Source: an uncultured Bacilli bacterium (GTDB lineage: Bacteria > Bacillota_I > Bacilli_A > RF39 > UBA660). From it: DNA of 64,000 bases. The translations under genes and the position numbers were made by a program. The DNA lies in NCBI GenBank assembly GCA_944359725.1, contig CALVSY010000004.1, positions 1,309-65,308 on the forward strand, written 5' to 3'. Every line of letters begins with the position of its first letter. The stretch's first letter is position 1. A model generated the notes under the pieces. The model did not search any database. It saw only the letters and a program-made list of their open reading frames with translations, and was not told the DNA's origin. This document shows positions 18,773 to 28,774 of the stretch, in pieces.

Positions 18773-19658
18773 AATTCTTTTAAGAAACATAAGAGATGGC
18801 TTTAAAAGTGTTGGTAGAAACTTAAGCTTATCGATAGCTTCTATTTCGTGTATTACCATTACGCTTTTAATTGTTGCAGTAGCAATAGTTGTATCTTACA
18901 ATGTTGAAAACATAACAAAATTAGTAAAAGAAGATTTTACAATAGTAACTTTTGTTGATACCTCTGCAACTGATGAACAGTTAAATACTTTAAAAGAAAA
19001 CATAGAAACACTTAAAAACGTTGAATCAGTAGACATTGAAACAAAAGATCAAGTAGCAGACGAAATGAAAGGAACATCTGATGAATTATCAGCAATAATA
19101 GATACTTGGTCTGATGAAAATAATCCTTTATACGACACTTTATTAGTAAAGGTAAAAAATACTGAAAAAATCTCAAATACCGCTGATAATATATCAGATA
19201 TGGATTTGGTTACGGATGTTAAGTATGGTCAAGGAATGGTAGAAGAATTAATGACGGTCTTTAATTTCGTTGAAAAAGCAATGATAGTAGCGATGGTAGC
19301 ACTTTTATTTGTAACCTTATTCTTAATTGGTAATACGATAAAAATAACAATATTCTCAAGAAAAAGAGAAATAGAAATCATGAGACTTGTTGGTGCGTCT
19401 AATTTTTCTATTAAACAGCCGTTTGTAATAGAAGGTTTTTGTTTAGGTGCTTTAGGTTCAATAATTCCAATTGCGGTAACATTATATGGGTATTCTGCAC
19501 TTTATAAACACTTTAATGGTCAGTTATTCTCACCGTTTATCCAGCTTGTTAAAGCAGAACCGTTTATATACATAGTATCATTAATATTATTAGGTTTAGG
19601 TGTTGTTGTTGGTATGTTAGGAAGTTATAGAGCAGTAAGGAAGTATTTAAAGATATGA
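18759..19658 (+). CDS. ftsX: Cell-division ABC transporter permease FtsX
   Basis: 299 aa with a TM segment, a large extracytoplasmic loop and 3 further TM segments, including the motif MRLVGASNFSIKQPF. It overlaps ftsE by 14 nt. Confidence 0.9.
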   Translation: MKALRILLRNIRDGFKSVGRNLSLSIASISCITITLLIVAVAIVVSYNVENITKLVKEDFTIVTFVDTSATDEQLNTLKENIETLKNVESVDIETKDQVADEMKGTSDELSAIIDTWSDENNPLYDTLLVKVKNTEKISNTADNISDMDLVTDVKYGQGMVEELMTVFNFVEKAMIVAMVALLFVTLFLIGNTIKITIFSRKREIEIMRLVGASNFSIKQPFVIEGFCLGALGSIIPIAVTLYGYSALYKHFNGQLFSPFIQLVKAEPFIYIVSLILLGLGVVVGMLGSYRAVRKYLKI

Positions 19659-20857
19659 TGAAGAAATTATGCGTTTATTTATTTATTTTTCTAATGGTGT
19701 TTGCCATACCAATAACGACGGTAAATGCTAAAACAATTGGTGATTTACAAAAAGAACTAGAATCCGAACAAAAAAAACTAGAAGACAACAAAACACAAAA
19801 GGCCATAAATTCTCAAAATTTAAGTGAAACAAGAAAAAAGATTGACAATATTAAAAATGATATTTCACAAGTAGAAAAAAACATTGAGGATAAGGAAAAT
19901 GAAAGTAAGCAACTAGAAAAAGATATAGAAAAGAAAAATGATGAAACCGAGGATTTAATGAGATACTATCAAGTTTCTTCCTCAGGATCCGCAATGCTTG
20001 AGTACGTTATGGGGGCTGAAAGCTTAACTGATTTAATATATAGGTTATCAATAACCGAGCAAATTTCATCTTATAATGAACAGTTAGTTGATGAAATGAA
20101 TGATATGATAGATGAAAATGAAAAGATAAAAAAAGATCTAGAAAGTGAAAAAGAAAGATTAAAAGAGTTAAAATCAGATTTAGAAACTCAAGAAGTCGTA
20201 TTGAGTCAAAAGCAAAGTGAACTTGAAGATGCTGGTGAATCTAATGAGAAAGCCATTAAATCTATGCAAGAAGAAATTAAATATTATAAATCATTAGGTT
20301 GTAAAAGTAGTGATACAATTGATGCGTGTTTAAAAAGGCTTTATGGTAACGGAAGTAATGGAAGTTCAGGAAGTTATTTACCTTCTGGTACAACGTTTTA
20401 TAGGCCAACAACAACAGGTAGAATCTCAAGTGAATTTGGTAAAAGAACGTTATTTGGTTCTCCTAATAACCATTTTGCAATTGATATAGCAATGTCTATT
20501 GGAACAAACGTTTATGCTGTTGCACCAGGTATCGTAGGTGATATTGGAACTGTTTGTGGCATATCAGTTGTTGTATGGCATAATATTAATGGTCAAACTT
20601 ATTCATCATTATATTGTCATTTATCTAAAGCTATTGCAAAAGAAGGTCAAGTAGTTACTAAAGATACGATTATTGCAAAATCTGGTAACACAGGTATATC
20701 AACTGGTCCACACTTACATTTAGGATTAGCAACTGGTAAATATAAAGCAGATTATTACTTATACTATGGATCATCTGGAAGCTTTGAATCACATACGTTT
20801 AATCCGAGAAATGTAATAACTTTCCCACCACTTGGATCAAGCTATTATAATAGGTAA
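19655..20857 (+). CDS. Secreted coiled-coil M23 peptidase (EnvC/PcsB-type partner of FtsEX)
   Basis: Signal peptide, about 200 aa of heptad-rich coiled coil, and a C-terminal intact LytM domain (HFAIDIA...GPHLHLGL). It overlaps the ftsX stop by 4 nt. Confidence 0.85.
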   Translation: MMKKLCVYLFIFLMVFAIPITTVNAKTIGDLQKELESEQKKLEDNKTQKAINSQNLSETRKKIDNIKNDISQVEKNIEDKENESKQLEKDIEKKNDETEDLMRYYQVSSSGSAMLEYVMGAESLTDLIYRLSITEQISSYNEQLVDEMNDMIDENEKIKKDLESEKERLKELKSDLETQEVVLSQKQSELEDAGESNEKAIKSMQEEIKYYKSLGCKSSDTIDACLKRLYGNGSNGSSGSYLPSGTTFYRPTTTGRISSEFGKRTLFGSPNNHFAIDIAMSIGTNVYAVAPGIVGDIGTVCGISVVVWHNINGQTYSSLYCHLSKAIAKEGQVVTKDTIIAKSGNTGISTGPHLHLGLATGKYKADYYLYYGSSGSFESHTFNPRNVITFPPLGSSYYNR

Positions 20858-20881
20858 AAGAGCATTTTTGCTCTTTTTTTG
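20856..20881 (+). terminator. Rho-independent terminator after the ftsEX-M23 operon
   Basis: AGAGCA (20859-20864) pairs with TGCTCT (20869-20874), followed by a T7 run. Confidence 0.8.
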
Positions 20882-20976
20882 TTAGTATAATTTTAACACC
20901 TCGTTTTGCTGTTATATATTTCTTGTTTTCTCTTATAATAAATGATAGAATAGACGTATTAATTAGAGGTGATTTT

Positions 20977-22929
20977 ATGTTTGATTTAGTATCTAAATTT
21001 AAGCCATCAGGCGATCAACCAGAGGCGATAAAAGAGCTTTCTGATGGTATAAAAGATGGTAAGAAATACCAGGTTTTACTAGGGGCTACGGGCACTGGTA
21101 AGACATTTACAATCGCAAACGTAATTAAAGAAGTAAACAAGCCAACGCTAGTTTTAGCACACAACAAAACACTAGCAGGACAGTTGTACTCAGAATTAAA
21201 GGAAATTTTTCCAAACAATCACGTTTGTTACTTTGTTTCGTATTATGATTATTATCAACCAGAAGCATATGTTCCATCTAGTGATACTTATATAGAAAAA
21301 GATTCATCTATTAATGACGAGATAGACGAGTTAAGACACTACGCAACATCATCTTTAATAAATTATAAGGACGTAATAGTAGTAGCATCAGTATCTTGTA
21401 TATATGGTATAGGTGATAAAGAGGAATATGAAAATCACATGCTTACTTTAAAAGTAGGAGACGAGATAAACAGAAACGAAATACTTAAAAAACTAGTTGA
21501 TATGTTATACGAAAGAAATAACATGGACTTAGTAAGGGGAACATTTAGAGCGAAGGGTGACGTTATTGAAGTTATCCCATCATATGAAAAAAGTCATGGA
21601 ATTAGAATAGAGCTTTTTGGAGATGAAATAGATAGAATTTGTGAATTTGATGTATTAACTGGTGCTGTTGTAGGTGAAAAAGAACTTATCTCAATCATGC
21701 CAGCATCTCATTTCGTAACTAGTGATGAGAAATTAAAAAAAGCAATTGTAAATATTAAGGCTGAGTTAGAAAACAGGCTACAATATTTTCGTGATAACGG
21801 TAAGTTATTAGAAGCAGAACGCCTGGAACAGAGGTGTAAGTATGATATAGAAATGCTAGAAGAAACAGGCTTTTGTTCTGGAGTTGAAAACTACTCAAGA
21901 CATCTAGCTTTAAAACCTGCTGGTGCAACGCCAACTTGTCTTTTAGACTTCTTTCCAAAAGATTTTTTAATGGTTGTAGATGAATCTCACGTAACATTAC
22001 CTCAGGTAAAAGCTATGTATAATGGGGATAGAAATAGAAAACAAATGCTTGTTGATTATGGATTTAGACTTCCATCAGCACTTGATAACAGGCCCTTAAG
22101 ATATGAGGAATTTGAAGAAAAAATAAATCAAGTAATCTATGTATCTGCAACCCCTGGTGATGAAGAATTAGAAAAAGTTCATAATCACGTGGTAGAGCAA
22201 ATAATTAGACCAACTGGACTTTTAGATCCTTTAATTGAGGTTAGAAAATCTAGTAACCAAGTTGATGATTTGATAGAAGAAATAAATAAGCAAATCGAAA
22301 AAGGTGACAGAACTTTAGTTACAACCTTAACCATTAGAATGGCAGAGGAATTAACTTCATATTTAAAGAATTTAAACATAAAAGTAGCCTATCTTCATAG
22401 TGAGGTAAAAACGCTTGAAAGACTTAGAATAATACACGATTTAAGAGCGGGTAAGTATGATGTTTTAGTAGGTATAAACCTTTTAAGAGAAGGTCTTGAT
22501 ATACCAGAGGTTAGTCTGGTCGCTATTTTAGACGCTGATAAACAAGGCTTTTTAAGAAGTCACAGAAGTCTTATTCAAACCATTGGAAGGTGCGCAAGAA
22601 ACGCCAGCGGGCGTGTTATAATGTACGGTGATATTATAAGCGAAGCAATGAGGCAGGCGATTGATGAAACTGCAAGACGTCGTGCAATACAAATTAAATA
22701 CAATGAAGAACATCATATAGTACCTCAAACTATAAAGAAAAAGATAATGGACGTTGTAAGCGTTAACGCAGGTTATAAGAAATCTAAAAAACATAGAACT
22801 AAAGAAGAAATGCATGACGATAAGCTTCTAAAACAATTAGAAGATGAAATGAAGAAGGCCGCTGATGATTTAGATTTCGAGCGTGCTATGGAACTTCGTG
22901 ATATTATATTTGAAATGAAGGTAAATTAA
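20977..22929 (+). CDS. uvrB: Excinuclease ABC subunit B
   Basis: A GAGGTG Shine-Dalgarno precedes ATG 20977 ([18 protein letters not shown]). It has Walker [10 protein letters not shown] and the C-terminal UVR motif [12 protein letters not shown]. Confidence 0.97.
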   Translation: MFDLVSKFKPSGDQPEAIKELSDGIKDGKKYQVLLGATGTGKTFTIANVIKEVNKPTLVLAHNKTLAGQLYSELKEIFPNNHVCYFVSYYDYYQPEAYVPSSDTYIEKDSSINDEIDELRHYATSSLINYKDVIVVASVSCIYGIGDKEEYENHMLTLKVGDEINRNEILKKLVDMLYERNNMDLVRGTFRAKGDVIEVIPSYEKSHGIRIELFGDEIDRICEFDVLTGAVVGEKELISIMPASHFVTSDEKLKKAIVNIKAELENRLQYFRDNGKLLEAERLEQRCKYDIEMLEETGFCSGVENYSRHLALKPAGATPTCLLDFFPKDFLMVVDESHVTLPQVKAMYNGDRNRKQMLVDYGFRLPSALDNRPLRYEEFEEKINQVIYVSATPGDEELEKVHNHVVEQIIRPTGLLDPLIEVRKSSNQVDDLIEEINKQIEKGDRTLVTTLTIRMAEELTSYLKNLNIKVAYLHSEVKTLERLRIIHDLRAGKYDVLVGINLLREGLDIPEVSLVAILDADKQGFLRSHRSLIQTIGRCARNASGRVIMYGDIISEAMRQAIDETARRRAIQIKYNEEHHIVPQTIKKKIMDVVSVNAGYKKSKKHRTKEEMHDDKLLKQLEDEMKKAADDLDFERAMELRDIIFEMKVN

Positions 22930-22931
22930 AA

Positions 22932-22968
22932 AGATGAACGGTAATTATTCTTGTTCATCTCTTTTTTT
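22932..22968 (+). terminator. Rho-independent terminator after uvrB
   Basis: AGATGAAC (22932-22939) pairs with GTTCATCT (22953-22960), followed by a T7 run. Confidence 0.7.
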
Positions 22969-23068
22969 AATTGCTTTACAATACCATATAGCTTCTTCTT
23001 TTTGTTTATTATTTAGTTTGCTAAAACTATGTAATAATTCATCACTTAAGTTATTTTCTTTATATAGT

Positions 23069-23523
23069 ATGGGAATATTTAAGTATTTGCTTGCTCGTTA
23101 ATTACAAAAGGTTTTAGAATATAAAGATTAAAGAAAGTTTGAAGGGGTAATAAATAAAGCTAAACAAGCCTGTGATACTAGTAAATTAAACGTTTGCAAG
23201 CATTTTGTCGGCGCCGACAAAATGGTCAAAACCGGAGATTCAATGAGAAGTATAAAAGATTATAAATTATCAAGATATGCATGTTATCTTATAGTTCAAA
23301 ATGCAGATTCTAGAAAAAAAGTTATTGCACTAGGGCAAATATAGAAAAAATAAAAGGACAGACTCCGGCTTGCGATGCACATTTTGAAGTTGGTGATGCG
23401 ATTAGAAATACTATCAAGGAAGTTGGAGGAACGCCTCCAGAAGAAATGCCAGTCCCAGATAAATCACTAAAAGAACTTGTAAAAAAGGAAGAAAACAAAA
23501 AAATCATTGATACAATAAAATAA
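23069..23523 (+). pseudogene. dinD: Relic of a DNA-damage-inducible protein D (DinD) gene
   Basis: Hand translation gives MGIFKYLLAR*LQKVLEYKD*RKFEGVINKAKQACDTSKLNVCKHFVGADKMVKTGDSMRSIKDYKLSRYACYLIVQNADSRKKVIALGQI*, with in-frame stops at 23099, 23129 and 23342. A second frame then reads ...IKGQTPACDAHFEVGDAIRNTIKEVGGTPPEEMPVPDKSLKELVKKEENKK* and ends at 23523. The N- and C-terminal DinD-like blocks are retained and the central part is deleted. Confidence 0.65.
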
Positions 23524-23577
23524 CAATTTTAATTTTTATGTTTTTATGATAGAATATAGTCGCTAGAGGTGTTGTAT

Positions 23578-26388
23578 ATGGATAAGATTATAGTAAAAGG
23601 TGCTAGAGAAAACAATTTGAAAAACGTGGATATTGAAATTCCTAAAAATAAATTAACGGTTATGACTGGTGTATCAGGATCAGGCAAGTCATCACTTGCT
23701 TTTGATACGATATATGCAGAAGGTCAAAGAAGATACGTAGAAAGTTTATCTGCTTATGCAAGACAGTTTTTAGGTGGAACAACAAAGCCTGACGTTGATT
23801 CGATAGAAGGGCTTTCTCCATCTATTTCAATAGATCAAAAAACCACTAATAACAATCCGAGATCAACGGTTGGAACAGTAACTGAAATATATGATTACTT
23901 AAGGTTATTATTCGCCCGTATCGGGGTTCCTTATTGTCCTAATCATAATATTCCAATATCAAGTCAGTCTATTGAAGAGATGACAAATCAGATAATGAAT
24001 GAAGAAGATGAAACAAAACTAATAATTTCTTCACCAATTGTTTATGGACAAAAAGGCACGTTTAAAGATTTACTTGAAAACTTACGAAAAGATGGTTATG
24101 TAAGAGTAAAAATAGATGATGAAGTAAGAGATTTAAGCGAGGATATAAACTTAGAAAAAAATAAAAAACATAATATTCTAGTTATAATAGATAGGTTAAA
24201 AAGAAAAGATGAAGCAAGAGGAAGAATTTATGAGGCACTAGAGCTTGCCTGCAAGTTGTCTAAGGGAAAAGCAGTGGTTGAAATACCTGGACGTGATGAA
24301 ATCGTTATGAGTGAGTCTTTTGCATGTCCTCACTGTGATTTTTCACTAGAAGAATTAGAACCTAGAATGTTTTCGTTTAATGCTCCATACGGATCATGTC
24401 CAGATTGTAAGGGATTAGGATTTAAGCAAAAGATGAGTGCGGACTTAATCATTCCTGATAAAAACAAAACGTTAAGACGCGGCGGAATAGAGCCTTATGC
24501 AGGCATGGATGAGTACAATATATATATTAAAAAACTTGAAATAGTTTGTGACAAATATGGCATTGACATGGATAAGAAAATCAAAGATCTAACAAAAAAA
24601 GAACTTGATATAGTTCTTAATGGTACTAAAGAACCTATTGAATTTAAGTTTTCAACTAGAAGTGGAAATTCCATTGATGCTTGTGAACCATACGAAGGTG
24701 TATTAAACAACTTGGAAAGACGTTACTTTGAAACTAATAGTGAGTTTATAAGAGAATGGCTTGGTAGGTACATGGTAGAGCTTACTTGTCCAACTTGTCA
24801 TGGTAAAAGATTAAAAGAAAGTGTTTTATCAGTTTTAATAAACAAGAAAAACATAATTGATTTAACCGACATGAACATTGATAAATTATATGATTTCTTT
24901 GACAAGTTAAAGTTAAGCAAGGAAAAAGAAGAAATTGCACGTCTTTTAATTAAAGAAATAAAATCAAGGTTAGAGTTTTTACATAACGTAGGACTTGGTT
25001 ACTTAACCTTATCAAGAAGTGCTGGAACTCTTTCTGGTGGAGAGGCACAAAGAATAAGACTTGCAACCCAAATTGGATCACAGTTAACTGGAGTTTTATA
25101 CGTACTTGATGAACCAAGTATTGGACTTCACCAAAGAGATAACCAAAGATTAATTGATTCTTTATTAAAGATGCGTGATTTAGGTAATACCTTAATAGTC
25201 GTAGAGCATGATACTGATACGATGCTTCAAGCTGATTACCTAGTAGACGTAGGTCCTGGTGCAGGAGATCACGGTGGAGAAATAGTCGCTTGTGGAACGC
25301 CAGAAGAGGTTATGAAAAACAAAAACAGTTTAACAGGCGATTACCTATCTGGAAGAAAGAAAATAGAAGTCCCTAAAAAAAGAAGAAAAGGAAACGGTAA
25401 GTATATAGAAATAAAAGGTGCTAAAGAAAATAACTTAAAGAACATAAACGTTAAGTTTCCACTTGGAAAGTTTATATGTGTAACTGGTGTATCAGGATCA
25501 GGTAAATCAAGTTTGATTAACGGGATTTTATATAAGGCACTTGCATTAAACGTTTATGGATCAAGAGTGGTTCCAGGTAAACACAAAAGTATTAAAGGAT
25601 TAGAAAACGTAGATAAAGTAATTGATATAACTCAAGATCCAATAGGTAGAACGCCTCGTAGTAATCCTGCTACTTACGTTGGTGTGTTTGATGATATTAG
25701 AGACGTTTTTGCAAATACTAAAGAAGCAAAGATAAGGGGTTATGATAAGGGAAGATTTTCATTCAACGTAAAAGGAGGGCGCTGTGAAGCGTGCTGGGGT
25801 GATGGCGTAAAGAAGATTTCCATGAACTTTTTACCAGACGTGTACGTTCCTTGTGAGGTTTGCGGTGGCACGCGTTTTAATAAGGAAACACTAGAAGTTA
25901 AATATAAAGGAAAAACAATATATGATGTTTTACAAATGCGTGTAGAAGAAGCATTAGAATTCTTTGAAAACCATCCTAAGATTAAAAGAAAACTACAGGT
26001 TTTAATGGACGTTGGACTAGGTTATATAAAACTTGGTCAAAGTGCTCCAACGCTATCTGGAGGTGAAGCATCCCGTGTTAAACTTGCTAAAGAACTTCAG
26101 AAAAAACCAACTGGTAAAAGTGTGTTTATCCTAGATGAACCGACAACTGGTCTTCATAGTGATGATATTAAAAAACTACTTGTTATATTAAACAGAATCG
26201 TTGATAATGGCGATACGGTAATTGTAATAGAACATAACCTAGACGTTATAAAAGTAGCAGATCACATAATAGATTTAGGACCAGAAGGCGGGGATGATGG
26301 AGGTACGATCGTTTGTGAAGGAACTCCAGAAAAAGTAGCTAAATGCGAAAAATCTTACACCGGAATGTATTTAAAGCCAATTCTATAG
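23578..26388 (+). CDS. uvrA: Excinuclease ABC subunit A
   Basis: Start at MDKIIVKGARENNLKNV. Two ABC modules are present (GVSGSGKSS twice, LSGGEAQRIRLA and LSGGEASRVKLA), together with zinc modules (CPHCDF, CPDCKG, CEACWGDG, CEVCGG). Confidence 0.97.
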   Translation: MDKIIVKGARENNLKNVDIEIPKNKLTVMTGVSGSGKSSLAFDTIYAEGQRRYVESLSAYARQFLGGTTKPDVDSIEGLSPSISIDQKTTNNNPRSTVGTVTEIYDYLRLLFARIGVPYCPNHNIPISSQSIEEMTNQIMNEEDETKLIISSPIVYGQKGTFKDLLENLRKDGYVRVKIDDEVRDLSEDINLEKNKKHNILVIIDRLKRKDEARGRIYEALELACKLSKGKAVVEIPGRDEIVMSESFACPHCDFSLEELEPRMFSFNAPYGSCPDCKGLGFKQKMSADLIIPDKNKTLRRGGIEPYAGMDEYNIYIKKLEIVCDKYGIDMDKKIKDLTKKELDIVLNGTKEPIEFKFSTRSGNSIDACEPYEGVLNNLERRYFETNSEFIREWLGRYMVELTCPTCHGKRLKESVLSVLINKKNIIDLTDMNIDKLYDFFDKLKLSKEKEEIARLLIKEIKSRLEFLHNVGLGYLTLSRSAGTLSGGEAQRIRLATQIGSQLTGVLYVLDEPSIGLHQRDNQRLIDSLLKMRDLGNTLIVVEHDTDTMLQADYLVDVGPGAGDHGGEIVACGTPEEVMKNKNSLTGDYLSGRKKIEVPKKRRKGNGKYIEIKGAKENNLKNINVKFPLGKFICVTGVSGSGKSSLINGILYKALALNVYGSRVVPGKHKSIKGLENVDKVIDITQDPIGRTPRSNPATYVGVFDDIRDVFANTKEAKIRGYDKGRFSFNVKGGRCEACWGDGVKKISMNFLPDVYVPCEVCGGTRFNKETLEVKYKGKTIYDVLQMRVEEALEFFENHPKIKRKLQVLMDVGLGYIKLGQSAPTLSGGEASRVKLAKELQKKPTGKSVFILDEPTTGLHSDDIKKLLVILNRIVDNGDTVIVIEHNLDVIKVADHIIDLGPEGGDDGGTIVCEGTPEKVAKCEKSYTGMYLKPIL

Positions 26389-26414
26389 GGGAATTTTAGA
26401 AAAAACGGCTAATA

Positions 26415-26453
26415 ATAAGGTAGAGATATAAATTATCTTTACCTTATTTTTTT
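26415..26453 (+). terminator. Rho-independent terminator after uvrA
   Basis: ATAAGGTAGAGAT (26415-26427) pairs with ATCTTTACCTTAT (26435-26447) with one mismatch, followed by a T-run. Confidence 0.7.
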
Positions 26454-26530
26454 ATAATTTTTTCATTACTTTCTGATTAACTTTTATTCTTTTAGAAATG
26501 ATAAAATATTTTTTGAAAGGAGCTGTTATT

Positions 26531-26950
26531 ATGGTACAACCGATAAATATTTCTTGGTCAAAAACAAAGAAGAACGTTGAGCAAACAATCGCAAAGTACG
26601 TATATTATAGTTTGTCGGTTGATAACGGCCCAACTTCAAAAATAAAAGATGATTTTACCCTTGATGAGTTAAGTTACATTACTAATACAAACTCTTATAT
26701 AAAACTTGACCCTCAGGAAAGAAAAACGAGAATAGAATTTATTAATTACTTTAGATTTTCTTTTAATAAGCTAACAACAGAAGAAAGAAAAATAATATAT
26801 TGGACTTATTTAGATAAGGAAAATAATTATGATGATAGGTTTATTGCTAATAACTTAGGTTTTTCTTTAGGATATTATTACATTAAGAAAAAAGAAACTT
26901 TAATTAGATTTGCATACTCATTGGGTGTTGAAGAGGTAAATGATAAATAA
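26531..26950 (+). CDS. ArpU-family (sigma region-4-like) transcriptional regulator
   Basis: A GAAAGGAG Shine-Dalgarno precedes ATG 26531. The C-terminal block LTTEERKIIYWTYLDKE...IANNLGFSLGYYYIKKKETLIRFAYSLG resembles ArpU-type phage late regulators. Confidence 0.5.
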   Translation: MVQPINISWSKTKKNVEQTIAKYVYYSLSVDNGPTSKIKDDFTLDELSYITNTNSYIKLDPQERKTRIEFINYFRFSFNKLTTEERKIIYWTYLDKENNYDDRFIANNLGFSLGYYYIKKKETLIRFAYSLGVEEVNDK

Positions 26951-27002
26951 ATGTGTTATAATAAATCATATGAATTATGACTTTTTTTGATGGAGGTATT
27001 TA

Positions 27003-27452
27003 ATGAAGATAACAAAAGCAAACTATGATGATGCAATGTGTGCAAACGAATTATTAACCAAACTAATTAAAGACGAAAAGAAATATGATGATAATATAAA
27101 TGAAAACTGTAATGTTACATCATTTTATGAACGGATTTACAACAGTGATGGTGTATGTTTGTTAGTTGCTAAAGAAAATAATTTTGTTACTGGTTATTTA
27201 TATGGTTATATAGAAAATAACGGTGATACATACATAAATTTAGTAGGCGTGCTTGACGCATTATACGTACGTGAAGAATATAGATGTAAAGGTGTTGCAA
27301 CAAAATTAATTAAAGAATTCAAACTCTGGAGTATAAAACATAACGCAAAAGAAATAGAAGTAAAAGTATTAAATGATAATATTAATGCTATTAATTTATA
27401 TAAAGAAAATGGCTTTAAAGAAAATAAAACAATTATGAACTTGAAAATATAA
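27003..27452 (+). CDS. GNAT-family N-acetyltransferase
   Basis: 149 aa with the acetyl-CoA motif VREEYRCKGVATKLI and the C-terminal motif LYKENGF. Confidence 0.85.
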   Translation: MKITKANYDDAMCANELLTKLIKDEKKYDDNINENCNVTSFYERIYNSDGVCLLVAKENNFVTGYLYGYIENNGDTYINLVGVLDALYVREEYRCKGVATKLIKEFKLWSIKHNAKEIEVKVLNDNINAINLYKENGFKENKTIMNLKI

Positions 27453-27519
27453 GTTATTTTTGACGAAAAAATATTTTCCATATTTTATTAGCTTATGCTA
27501 TAATTATAATGGTGATACT

Positions 27520-27963
27520 ATGAAGGTAATAGTAGTTGACGATAAAAAAAATAAAAAAACTAATGGAAGTGGCATTGAATATAGACTTAACTTGTTTTTA
27601 GAATGGCTTATTTATATGCTTGGATATGCTATGGTTTTGTTAATAACATCAAACTTATTTAGATCGTTGTACGTAGAAAACTTCTTTTATGGTTTTTTAG
27701 CAGCGATAATTATATACGTACTTAATAGAACGGTAAAACCATTTTTAGTTACCATATCACTTCCTTTAATTGGACTTTCTCTTGGTTTGTTTTACTTTGT
27801 TATAAATGTATTAATACTATTATTAGTAAATTTAATTTTAGGTAAACATTTTTATTTGACTGGCTTTTTTTCACCAATAGTAGTGTCAATTTTCATAAGC
27901 GTGATGAACGTTATAATTTCAAATTTAATTATAAAACCATTAATAGAAAGGTGTAAGAGATAA
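27520..27963 (+). CDS. YvlD/DUF360 (phage holin 4_2 family) membrane protein
   Basis: 4 predicted TM segments. The motif LNRTVKPFLVTISLPLIGLSLGLFYFVINVLILLL is typical of PF04020. An extended -10 (TGCTATAAT) and a GGTGAT Shine-Dalgarno precede ATG 27520. Confidence 0.65.
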   Translation: MKVIVVDDKKNKKTNGSGIEYRLNLFLEWLIYMLGYAMVLLITSNLFRSLYVENFFYGFLAAIIIYVLNRTVKPFLVTISLPLIGLSLGLFYFVINVLILLLVNLILGKHFYLTGFFSPIVVSIFISVMNVIISNLIIKPLIERCKR

Positions 27964-27964
27964 T

Positions 27965-28774
27965 ATGGATCCAGTAGCATTTAACATAGGCCCGTTTGAT
28001 ATAACGTGGTATTCAATTTTTATTTTAGTAGGAATAATATTAGCAGGTATTTTAATTAACAGTGAAGCTAAAAAGTATAATATACCAACTAGCTTTGTTA
28101 CAAACTTGGTGTTTTGGTGTGTTGTATTTGGTCTTATAGGTGCCAGAGTTTATTATGTTTTATTTAATTTAGATTATTATACATCATATCCAATTGAAAT
28201 AATTAAAATATGGAATGGAGGACTTGCTATTCACGGTGGTATAATAGCAGGTTTGATAACACTTGTTATATATTGTAAGAAGTATGGTGTTAACATTCTT
28301 AAAATGCTTGATATAGTAGCACCAGCACTTTTATTAGCACAAGGAATAGGTCGCTGGGGTAATTTCTTTAATGGTGAAGCACACGGAAGCATTGTTTCTA
28401 GAGCTTATCTAGAAGGATTACATTTACCAGAATTTATAATAGATGGAATGCATATCGGAGGTAACTATTATCATCCAACGTTCTTATATGAATCAATCTT
28501 TTGCTTAGTTGGTTTCTTTGTTTTAGTTGGATTTAGAACTATGAAATCTACTAAGTTAGGAAATACAACCGCATTATATCTTATTTGGTACGGTATTTTA
28601 AGATTCTTTATCGAATCACTTAGAACGGATAGTTTAATGCTAGGAAGTTTAAAAATGGCTCAAGTAGTATCAATAATTATGATTATAGTAGGATTTGTTA
28701 TGTTTATTATAACCAAAATTAAGTGTAAGAGATATGATGATGTAGGGGCTAAAGAATATGAAATCAAATGTTAA
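27965..28774 (+). CDS. lgt: Prolipoprotein diacylglyceryl transferase
   Basis: 269 aa with the motifs GARVYYVLF, GGLAIHGG and GRWGNFFNGEAHG. Confidence 0.95.
   Translation: MDPVAFNIGPFDITWYSIFILVGIILAGILINSEAKKYNIPTSFVTNLVFWCVVFGLIGARVYYVLFNLDYYTSYPIEIIKIWNGGLAIHGGIIAGLITLVIYCKKYGVNILKMLDIVAPALLLAQGIGRWGNFFNGEAHGSIVSRAYLEGLHLPEFIIDGMHIGGNYYHPTFLYESIFCLVGFFVLVGFRTMKSTKLGNTTALYLIWYGILRFFIESLRTDSLMLGSLKMAQVVSIIMIIVGFVMFIITKIKCKRYDDVGAKEYEIKC

Noticed and set aside
22945-23097. Minus-strand open frame RASKYLNIPILYKENNLSDELLHSFSKLNNKQKEEAIWYCKAIKKRDEQE*, which resembles the C-terminal tail of a small XRE-type regulator.
   Set aside because: There is no ATG, GTG or TTG start in frame. It is only about 50 codons long, overlaps the uvrB terminator and overlaps the putative dinD relic start. 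At best it is another gene fragment, and I cannot support it as a feature.
23322-23507. 61-aa minus-strand ORF in the uvrB-uvrA spacer.
   Set aside because: It is antisense to the C-terminal block of the dinD relic, and the + strand similarity to DinD explains the open frame.
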